From assembly GCA_002011035.2 (NCBI GenBank), contig MTLY02000001.1, positions 160,001-224,000 on the forward strand: a DNA stretch of 64,000 nucleotides, in the 5' to 3' direction. The notes under the pieces were generated by a model. The model saw nothing but the letters and a program-made list of their open reading frames with translations. It was not told the DNA's origin and did no database searches. Below, piece by piece: positions 56,354-64,000 of this stretch; within the stretch, counting starts at the first letter, position 1; the number at the start of each line of letters is the position of its first letter. The translations under genes were made by a program, and so were the position numbers. This DNA comes from Candidatus Hecatella orcuttiae (GTDB lineage: Archaea > Thermoproteota > Bathyarchaeia > Hecatellales > Hecatellaceae).

Positions 56354-56437
56354 GACCCCCTTATCGGAACAGTTTTAGGGAAGGTTAGAATAACAGGCTA
56401 GACACGTCCGGGAGGCCTGTTCCACGGCCGTCAGCCA

Positions 56438-57601
56438 GTGGTCGAGTTGAAAAAAGACATCAAGCACGCTGTCAAGGCCTTGCTCAGAGAACTCGTCGAA
56501 ACCCCCACCGTCAATCCCCCCGGTGAAAACTACCCTCAAGCCGTGGAGAAAATAGAAAGGATGCTGGAGAAATTCGGTGTTCCAACGCGCATCGTGGAGG
56601 CAGCTGAAGGGAAGCCGAACCTGATCGCCAAGGTGGGGAGGGGAAAGCCGGTTCTGCTTTTCAACGGCCACATCGACACCGTGGCCGCAGGTGCCGGTTG
56701 GAGGACAGACCCCTTTAGGTTGGTTGAAGGGGATGGAAAACTCTATGGAAGAGGCACAGCGGACATGAAAGGCAGTCTAGCCGCCATGGCCGTTGCCGCC
56801 GCCAGCCTCGCGGAGGCCGACGGACCCCTAGAAGGCTCCTTGGTCTTCACCGCCACCGTCGACGAAGAAACCGGAGGACAAGACGGTTTAGGCTATTTGG
56901 TGAAAAGAAGGCTCGTCAACCCCGACTTCTGCGTGGTCGGGGAGCCCACGGGCTTGAACGTCGCCACCTGCGAGAAGGGAGCCTGCTGGTATAGGATAAC
57001 AGTCCAAGGGAAGGCAGCCCACGGAGCTGTTCCTGAGCAGGGAGTCAACGCTGTGGAGAAGGCATCGAAGATCACCCTAAAACTGCTGTCTCTAAAATTC
57101 AGAAAAACCCACAGACGGCTGGGGAAGCCTACCTTAAACGTCGGAAGAATGGAGGGAGGCGTCAAAATCAACGTGGTCCCCGACCGCTGCGTTGTGGAGG
57201 TAGACCGAAGGACTCTCCCAAGTGAAACCCCCCAAGCTGTGAGAAGGGAGATAAAAGAGGCCCTCGCATCCCTCCGCTCCAAAGACCCCTCTCTGCGCTA
57301 CCGGGTGGAGGAAATCCTCGTCTCCCAGCCCTTCCAGTCGCCTGAAGAGGACCCCCTAGTCGAAGCCGCCGTGGAGTCGGTTGCCTCTGTCCTAGGGCGG
57401 AAGCCCAAGCTCGTCGGCATGCAGGGGGTGACCGACGCCCGCTTCCCGGCGGTGGACCTGAAGAAGCCCACCATCATCCTAGGAGCCGGCAGCCTGAATC
57501 AGGCTCATAAGCCCAACGAGTATGTTTCAGAAAAACAGCTCCTCCAAGCCGTGGACGTCTTCAGGGTTCTCGCCGAAAAAATCCTTTCCGGCAGAAGGTG
57601 A
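56438..57601 (+). CDS. M20-family metallopeptidase/deacylase (ArgE/DapE-like)
   Basis: NGHIDTV, YGRGTADMKG, DEETGG, GEPT, AHKPNE. Confidence 0.92.
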   Translation: MVELKKDIKHAVKALLRELVETPTVNPPGENYPQAVEKIERMLEKFGVPTRIVEAAEGKPNLIAKVGRGKPVLLFNGHIDTVAAGAGWRTDPFRLVEGDGKLYGRGTADMKGSLAAMAVAAASLAEADGPLEGSLVFTATVDEETGGQDGLGYLVKRRLVNPDFCVVGEPTGLNVATCEKGACWYRITVQGKAAHGAVPEQGVNAVEKASKITLKLLSLKFRKTHRRLGKPTLNVGRMEGGVKINVVPDRCVVEVDRRTLPSETPQAVRREIKEALASLRSKDPSLRYRVEEILVSQPFQSPEEDPLVEAAVESVASVLGRKPKLVGMQGVTDARFPAVDLKKPTIILGAGSLNQAHKPNEYVSEKQLLQAVDVFRVLAEKILSGRR

Positions 57602-57862
57602 GGACATTCGAAGACCACCTGTGGGACGGGGCTGGAAAGGAGTTAAAGCTTTCAGAGTTTTTGGAAAAGTATGAAAAATGTAGGTGGACTATACAGCTTA
57701 CCCACCTGAGCTGCCCACTTCCTTATGCCACATGGTGTGCACATTGAGCATAAAAAATTAGCCGTATTCAGAAAACTTAAAAGGATAATTACCGAGATAA
57801 TAACACTTCGCTGATGATGTTCTGAAGGAGGATGCGCCTTCACGAGAGTTCCCCTTGGAAAG

Positions 57863-59431
57863 GTGAAGCCGGGAGAAACCGTCATCGCCATGAGGGGAAT
57901 CACCAAGCGATTCCCAGGCGTTCTCGCGAACGATCACGTAGATATTGACATAAAAGCTGGTGAGATTCACGCTATCCTAGGTGAGAACGGTGCAGGAAAA
58001 ACTACTCTTATGAACATATTGTACGGACTTCTGCAGCCCGATGAGGGGGAAATATTCGTCTATGGAGAAAAGGTAACCCCGAAATCTCCGAAAGACATGA
58101 TCGACCTAGGAATCGGAATGGTCCACCAACACTTTATGCTCATTCCCACCTTCACCGTCGTAGAGAACATCATCCTAGGACTTGAATCCTCGAAAGAGCC
58201 GTTTCTAGATGTCGATTTGGCTGAAAAAAAGATAATCGAGTTATCGGAGAAATACGGCCTCAAAGTTAATCCTAAAGCTAAGGTTTGGCAGCTGTCGACT
58301 GGCGAGCGGCAGCGTGTGGAAATAATCAAAGCCCTCTATCGGGGCGCTCAGGTATTGATCATGGACGAGCCGACGTCGGTGCTTACTCCGACGGAGGTGG
58401 AAGAGCTTTCGAAGATTCTTAAGCGGATGGCGAAAGAGGGATTGGCGATTATTCCTTTCATAACCCATAAACTGCCTGAAGTGATGGCGATAAGCGACCG
58501 CGTAACCGTTCTCAGGAAAGGGAGAGTTGTGGGGAGGTTTGAGACAAAACTCACGGATGAGAAAAGCCTAGCTAGAGAAATGGTTGGAAGAGAGGTCTTG
58601 TTTAAGCTACCAAAAAGTGAGGTAAAGAAAGGGAAAGTGGTCCTTGAGGTCAGAGGACTATGGGCCCAAAGCGACTTTGGAGTTTCTGCCCTCAAAGGTG
58701 TTTCCTTCTCCATCAGGGAGGGAGAGATCCTCGGCGTGGCTGGGGTGGCTGGGAATGGGCAGCGGGAGCTGGCGGAGGTCATCGCGGGTCTGCGCCGGGC
58801 TGTGGCGGGGAGGGTGCTCATCGACGGAAGGGACGTCACCAACCTCCCCCCAAGGGAGATAATCAAGCAGGGCCTAGGCCACATCCCCGAAGACAGAATG
58901 GGAATGGGCCTCATCCTAGACTTCTCCATAGCCGAGAACATCATTTTAGAAACTCACTCTGATCCCCCCTTCGCCTACCGCTGGATCCTTCCGTTTAAAA
59001 AGCGATGGTTCATCGATCAAGACGAAGTTGATAAGTACGCGGAGAAGCTACTTCTGGAATATAACATTGTAGCCGCTGGTAAGGATACGCTGGCAAGACA
59101 CCTCTCTGGTGGGAACTTGCAAAGGCTTATTTTGGCTCGGGAGCTTTCCAGGGAGCCCAAGGTTTTGGTGGCCAACCAGCCGACTCGGGGGTTGGACGTG
59201 GGGGCCACCGAGTTCATCCGTAGGAAGCTTTTGGAGCAGCGGGACAGGGGCGTGGCCATCCTCCTCATCTCCGAGGACCTGGACGAGGTCATGTCCATGA
59301 GCGACCGCATCGCCGTCCTCTACGAGGGCGAAATCATGGGAATCCTCCCCGCGGAGAAAGCGGATATGAAAGAGGTGGGGATGATGATGGCCGGTTCAAA
59401 GCGGGCACAATCTTTGGAGGAGCCAGCTTGA
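57863..59431 (+). CDS. Nucleoside/simple-sugar ABC ATPase, two nucleotide-binding domains
   Basis: GENGAGKTT, GMVHQHF, DEPTSVLTP, GVAGNGQ, LSGGNLQR, QPTRGLDVGA. Confidence 0.95.
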   Translation: MKPGETVIAMRGITKRFPGVLANDHVDIDIKAGEIHAILGENGAGKTTLMNILYGLLQPDEGEIFVYGEKVTPKSPKDMIDLGIGMVHQHFMLIPTFTVVENIILGLESSKEPFLDVDLAEKKIIELSEKYGLKVNPKAKVWQLSTGERQRVEIIKALYRGAQVLIMDEPTSVLTPTEVEELSKILKRMAKEGLAIIPFITHKLPEVMAISDRVTVLRKGRVVGRFETKLTDEKSLAREMVGREVLFKLPKSEVKKGKVVLEVRGLWAQSDFGVSALKGVSFSIREGEILGVAGVAGNGQRELAEVIAGLRRAVAGRVLIDGRDVTNLPPREIIKQGLGHIPEDRMGMGLILDFSIAENIILETHSDPPFAYRWILPFKKRWFIDQDEVDKYAEKLLLEYNIVAAGKDTLARHLSGGNLQRLILARELSREPKVLVANQPTRGLDVGATEFIRRKLLEQRDRGVAILLISEDLDEVMSMSDRIAVLYEGEIMGILPAEKADMKEVGMMMAGSKRAQSLEEPA

Positions 59432-60462
59432 AAGGATTCTCGTCGAAGATGCCGTCCAGAAGCATCCTACTACCGCCCATGGCAATTTTATTGGCCCTAG
59501 CCATAGGCGCCCTTACAATCTTGGCTTTAGGAATAAACCCTATTTTCGCCTATGCTGCACTTTTTCAAGGAGCTTTCGGCAGTCTCCATTCCCTAACGGA
59601 GACTTTCGTGAAAGCCTCTCCTCTGCTTTTCACAGGTCTAGCGGCAGCAGTGGCCTTTAGATGCCGGGTGTGGAACATAGGAGCTGAAGGCCAGCTTTAC
59701 ATGGGAGCGGTGGTTACCACGTGGGCAGGACTCACGTTGGTAGAAGTGCCAGCAGCTTTGCTGATCCCCCTACTCATATTGTTGAGCTTTGCTGCGGGAG
59801 CAATGTGGGCTGTCATCGCGGGGGCTTTGAAGGCTAAATTCAAAGTAAACGAGATAATTCTTACCCTCATGTTAAATTTCATCGCAATCTACTTCGTGAG
59901 CTACTTGGTTGAAGGGCCGTGGAGAGATCCTTCTGGAATAACATACAGCCCGCCTCTCACCACCTCAGCTTGGCTTCCCACCTTGGTATCCGGCACACGA
60001 CTCCATCTGGGCATTTTATTAGCGTTTGTGTGCGCTGTTTTCATTTCTTTACTCTTCCGAAAGACCGTTTTAGGCTATAAAATCCAAGCCATCGGCGCTA
60101 ATCCGGAGGCTTCGCGTTACGCGGGCATCGAAGTCTCCAAAACGATCATAATCGTCATGGTGATCAGCGGTGGACTGGCTGGACTGGCCGGAATGGGAGA
60201 AATAGCCGGGGTGCAACATCGCCTGATGAGCGGATTCTCACCGTGGTACGGTTTCTTGGGTATTTTAGTGGCAATGCTGGGGAAGCTGAGGCCTTTCGGG
60301 ATAGTAGTCGCTTCCATCCTCTTTGGAGGCTTACTCGTCGGAGGCGATGCCATGCAGCGAGTAGGCGGAGTGCCGGCTCCTCTTGTCTTTGTATTGCAAG
60401 GGTTGATAGTGCTTTTGCTACTATTTTATGAACATGTTTTTGCGCGATTCGCAAGGAGTTGA
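59428..60462 (+). CDS. Nucleoside/simple-sugar ABC permease 1
   Basis: WNIGAEGQ, NEII.TLMLNF, SGGLAGLAG..E. Confidence 0.92.
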   Translation: MKGFSSKMPSRSILLPPMAILLALAIGALTILALGINPIFAYAALFQGAFGSLHSLTETFVKASPLLFTGLAAAVAFRCRVWNIGAEGQLYMGAVVTTWAGLTLVEVPAALLIPLLILLSFAAGAMWAVIAGALKAKFKVNEIILTLMLNFIAIYFVSYLVEGPWRDPSGITYSPPLTTSAWLPTLVSGTRLHLGILLAFVCAVFISLLFRKTVLGYKIQAIGANPEASRYAGIEVSKTIIIVMVISGGLAGLAGMGEIAGVQHRLMSGFSPWYGFLGILVAMLGKLRPFGIVVASILFGGLLVGGDAMQRVGGVPAPLVFVLQGLIVLLLLFYEHVFARFARS

Positions 60463-60466
60463 AAAA

Positions 60467-61393
60467 TTGGCGCTCCCTGTAGTGGAAATATCAGCGGCCA
60501 TCATTGAAATGTCCACACCTCTCCTAATAGCAGCACTGGGGGAAATTTTCGTTGAGAGGTCGGGTGTGCTGAACCTGGGAATCGAAGGGATGATGCTGGT
60601 AGGCGCCTTCTCCGGCTTCGCTGGAGCGTACTTCAGCGGCAACTTTCTTTTCGGATTCCTCATCGGGCTGGTTGTTGGCATGTCCATAGGAGCATTGATG
60701 GCTTACCTCAGCGTGAAATTAGGTGTAGACCAAATTCTCGCTGGGCTTGCAATTTGGATTTTCAGCATAGGCCTCTCCACTTTCTTGGCTAGGACGATTT
60801 TAGGAATAGCTCCTGGAACTGTGACAATAAAAGGTTTGGAGCCTATCAACATTCCCCTTCTTTCTCAGCTTCCAATTTTAGGGCCTATCCTGTTTCAGCA
60901 TAACATTTTAGTATACCTTGTTTTGATTTCGGTGCCTCTGTTCCACATTCTCCTATTCCGCACAACCTTTGGCTTGAAGGTGAGGGCGGTAGGCGAGAAT
61001 CCCAAAGCCGCTGATACGTTGGGAATTCACGTTCACCGTATTCGCTTTCTCTGCCTTCTCCTAGGAGGAGCCATGGCCGGGTTGGCGGGCAGCTATCTCA
61101 CAGTAGCTCGGTACCATGTTTGGATAGAGGAGGTAACCGCCGGGATGGGATGGATAGCTTTGGTTGTGGTCTTCTTCGGTAAAAGAAGCCCGTATAGGGC
61201 GCTTTTGGGTGCATGGATCATCGCCACAGGCTTCTCTTTAAGATACTATCTCCAAATCGCCGCCTTCTGGATACCCTACCAATTCATCTTAATGTTACCC
61301 TACATCCTCACCATAATTCTGCTCGTCGGAATCGTTGGAAAGGAAGAAACACCAGCCGCCTTCTGCATCCCATACAAACGGGAGGAGACGTAA
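60467..61393 (+). CDS. Nucleoside/simple-sugar ABC permease 2
   Basis: ALGE..ERSGVLNLGIEGMML.GA, RAVGENP.AAD, G.GWIAL; TTG start at 60467 preferred. Confidence 0.92.
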   Translation: MALPVVEISAAIIEMSTPLLIAALGEIFVERSGVLNLGIEGMMLVGAFSGFAGAYFSGNFLFGFLIGLVVGMSIGALMAYLSVKLGVDQILAGLAIWIFSIGLSTFLARTILGIAPGTVTIKGLEPINIPLLSQLPILGPILFQHNILVYLVLISVPLFHILLFRTTFGLKVRAVGENPKAADTLGIHVHRIRFLCLLLGGAMAGLAGSYLTVARYHVWIEEVTAGMGWIALVVVFFGKRSPYRALLGAWIIATGFSLRYYLQIAAFWIPYQFILMLPYILTIILLVGIVGKEETPAAFCIPYKREET

Positions 61394-61455
61394 TCCGTAG
61401 GCAAACAAAGCAATAGACCAAGTTGACAGGACGCTGAAAAAATAAAAGGAAGGTT

Positions 61456-62589
61456 TTATGGAAAATCTTTCCTAGGAACTTCTAGCGTGCCATCCAGAAT
61501 TTGCTGCCGGATGCTCTCCACCTCGGCTTGGACCTCTTCGGGTATGACTTCTCTGCGGCCCCATATCAAGTCGGCGCCTTCTTTCAGCCCATATTCGTAA
61601 AACTTTTCAGGCTCCAGCTCTCCTTCTAAGGCCTTGCCGATGATGTCGACGTAGGCTTTTTCTATTCCCCAACCAACGCTGGCTAAGGTTATCGACGGCG
61701 CATAGGGATGCTCATTCCCGACGCCGCCTATGTAATAGACACCTGCAGCCAAAGAAGCAGTGCGCGCTCCCACATTCTGCGAGTCGCCGTTACCGCATAT
61801 GATGTCGGCACCCCAAGCAATATGGGCTTTTGCAGCATCATATCCAGCACCAATGTCGATAAATGTTCCAACCCAAGTCACTTTAACTTCCGCATCGGGA
61901 TTGACAGCTTTCACCCCTCTTTCAAATGCGTAATAAGACCGGTAGGTGCTGGGAACGTTCATACCGCCGACGACGCCTATCTTATTCGTCTCCGTCATCC
62001 TGCCAGCCAAGATCCCGGCAAGATAGGATGCTTCATGCGCCAGAGGCGTTATGACGACCATGTTCTTTTCGATCGGCGGCCATCCGTCAGTCCACACAAT
62101 CCAAGTTTGCGGATAGTCTCTGGCCACCGCCTTAGCCGCTTCTCCAGCTGGCGTAGCATGCACAAATATAAGGTCATAACCGGCAGCGGCGAAACTCCGA
62201 GCCTCCTTCTCATAATCCGCTAACGAAATCTTTTCCACAAAGGCGATTTCGATCCTGTCCTTATAGATTTCTTTAGCCTCCAACAGGCCGCTATATGCGG
62301 TTTCATTCCATTGATTCTCTTTCACAAAAGTGTCGAATACCGCTGCCACTTTCAGTACCTTTGGTGGTGGTGTAGGAGTGGGTGTGGGAGTTGGAGTAGG
62401 CGTAGGAGTTGGGGTAGGTGTAGGCGTAGGAGTTGGGGTAGGGGTGGGTGTAGGGGTGGGCGCAGGGGTTGGCGTCGGCGCGGGCCTTGTGGCTTGCCAG
62501 GCGGCGTAGCCGCCCACACCGGCCACCACCACAGCCACAACCGCAGCAATGCCATATTTCAGGGCTTTCCTACGGGGTTGATTGGCCAT
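61456..62589 (-). CDS. BMP-family ABC substrate-binding protein with twin-Arg leader and Pro-Thr linker
   Basis: PRRKALK, TM helix, (PT)n, GYDLIF, EASYLAG.LAG.MT.T.KIG.VGG. Confidence 0.88.
   Translation of the reverse strand: MANQPRRKALKYGIAAVVAVVVAGVGGYAAWQATRPAPTPTPAPTPTPTPTPTPTPTPTPTPTPTPTPTPTPTPPPKVLKVAAVFDTFVKENQWNETAYSGLLEAKEIYKDRIEIAFVEKISLADYEKEARSFAAAGYDLIFVHATPAGEAAKAVARDYPQTWIVWTDGWPPIEKNMVVITPLAHEASYLAGILAGRMTETNKIGVVGGMNVPSTYRSYYAFERGVKAVNPDAEVKVTWVGTFIDIGAGYDAAKAHIAWGADIICGNGDSQNVGARTASLAAGVYYIGGVGNEHPYAPSITLASVGWGIEKAYVDIIGKALEGELEPEKFYEYGLKEGADLIWGRREVIPEEVQAEVESIRQQILDGTLEVPRKDFP
62362..62484 (-). repeat. Coding Pro-Thr hexanucleotide repeat
   Basis: About 20 CCN-ACN units with varied third positions. 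Confidence 0.9.
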
Positions 62590-62825
62590 TTTTTACACCT
62601 TCCGACCCTTTTTTCTCCCCTCATACGATATAAAGCTTTCGAGCTTCGTTTTGAAACAGCGCTTCTTTAATCTTCGGTACTTCTGAAGCTGAAGTCGAAT
62701 ACGTATAAGCGGCTAAATGTTAAAGTTTTGAGCAGGGTGGAGAATCCTACGGGCATACCTCGTTCACGCCATAATTTTAAAAAGTTTGACAAGTTATTAA
62801 CCGCCATCTTGATAAAAAAATCGTA

Positions 62826-64000
62826 TCAGATAAGCGGCCACTTTCTTTTTACTTCTACCTTAGCCTTTTGCAAGATTTTTTCAGCCTTTCCTTGAGCTTT
62901 TGCGAGGATTTCTTCCTCTTCCAGCGTCAGCACCTTTCGATTTTCAACGACGAGCTTACCGTCAATGAGGACTGTTTTAACATCGTTTCCACTGGTAGCC
63001 CAAACCACGGCTGACGCAGGGTCGTGGACTGGCATGGCATGGTGATTTTTTAAGTTCACCACGATTACGTCTGCTTTTTTCCCAGCCTCAAGGGAACCTA
63101 CCTCCTTCTCCAACCCCAGTGCCCTAGCACCGTTTATCGTCGCCATCTCCAACGCCTCCTCAGCCCTAGGATAGACAGGGTTGAGCGAGTTAATTCGATG
63201 AAGAAGCACTGCGAATTTCATTTCCTGAAAAAGGTCGCAGGTATTGTTAACCGGAGCGCCGTCGGTACCTAGGCATACGTTTACTCCAGCCCTTAACATC
63301 TCCGGTATTTTCGCCACACCCATTGCAAGCTTTGAATTGGTGATAGGGCAGTGGCAAATATTGACCCCAGACCTCGCAAGCAAATATATCTCTTCGTGTT
63401 CAAACCAGATACCATGAGCCATGGTCACATTCGGGGCGAGAAGTCCTACAAACTCTGCAAATTTTGCCATACCCATATTGAAAACCTTACGAGTGTATTG
63501 TAGGTTGTTCTCCGCCTCGGCCCAATGCATAGTTATTCCCACTTGGTATTTCTTGGCAATCTCTGAAATCTCCCGTAAGGTTTCAACCGAGCATGCTCCC
63601 ACGGAACGGGGAGAGAGCCATATGCGAATCTTGCCGTCTGCCTTTCCGTTCCACTCTTTAATAAGTCTTAATGCCTCCCTCATGGAACTTTCTTTGACTT
63701 CATGAAGCCCCTCATGAATGGCCATCTCTTCGTCTGCGTAGGCACGCTTTTCCATTATGTATTTTGACACTGCACCCCTTAACCCGGATTTCTCCAGCTC
63801 TCGGAGGATGCCATCGATGCCATACCTTGGGTGGAGGCCTGTGCTGATGAAGGAAGTTGTACCGGACTTGAGCATTTCGAGGAAGGCGAGAAGACTGCTG
63901 ATCTTACCATCTTCCTCATCGTAGCACCCTTGGATAGGCCAGATGTACTTCATCAATTCGTCCATCACCTCTGCATCGTCTTGAACGCCTCTCATCAACA
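62826..64000 (-). CDS. Amidohydrolase of the SAH/MTA/purine deaminase family, 5' end outside the window
   Basis: EMLKSGTT, HWAE, AHGIW, HCP.TN.KLA.G, LGTDG..NN..D, GSLE.GKKAD. Confidence 0.9.
   Translation of the reverse strand, partial: LMRGVQDDAEVMDELMKYIWPIQGCYDEEDGKISSLLAFLEMLKSGTTSFISTGLHPRYGIDGILRELEKSGLRGAVSKYIMEKRAYADEEMAIHEGLHEVKESSMREALRLIKEWNGKADGKIRIWLSPRSVGACSVETLREISEIAKKYQVGITMHWAEAENNLQYTRKVFNMGMAKFAEFVGLLAPNVTMAHGIWFEHEEIYLLARSGVNICHCPITNSKLAMGVAKIPEMLRAGVNVCLGTDGAPVNNTCDLFQEMKFAVLLHRINSLNPVYPRAEEALEMATINGARALGLEKEVGSLEAGKKADVIVVNLKNHHAMPVHDPASAVVWATSGNDVKTVLIDGKLVVENRKVLTLEEEEILAKAQGKAEKILQKAKVEVKRKWPLI

Noticed and set aside
57811-57826. CTGATGATGTTCTGA as a C/D sRNA
   Set aside because: Boxes too close to hold guides; no partner boxes

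Overview
Chromosomal window from an archaeon, most likely TACK superphylum and plausibly Bathyarchaeia (inferred from gene content: intron-rich tRNAs, SepRS, pyrrolysine-free MtmB homologues, CofG/CofH, FBP aldolase/phosphatase, a TackOD1 protein). About 70 CDS, four tRNA genes (Glu-CTC; Met-CAT with three introns; Thr-TGT and Ile-GAT with one intron each) and one double-guide box C/D sRNA were found. No CRISPR array, rRNA, integrase or transposase was seen. The housekeeping backbone is interleaved with accessory blocks. Most notable: (1) a 12.5 kb corrinoid methyl-transfer region with two pyrrolysine-free MtmB homologues, two corrinoid proteins and an MtaA-type enzyme, interleaved with nucleobase/nucleoside-type ABC importers and a TudS-like desulfurase, suggesting demethylation of modified nucleobases; (2) a cblT-cblS alpha-ribazole salvage pair facing a ribbon-helix-helix protein fused to a degenerate CblS domain, with tandem palindromes between them; (3) the three-intron tRNA-Met; (4) a ThaI-like restriction-modification locus with one nonsense codon in the endonuclease; (5) a long 5' leader hairpin before an unannotated zinc-ribbon gene and an SSB. 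All product calls come from motif recognition by eye, not database searches.
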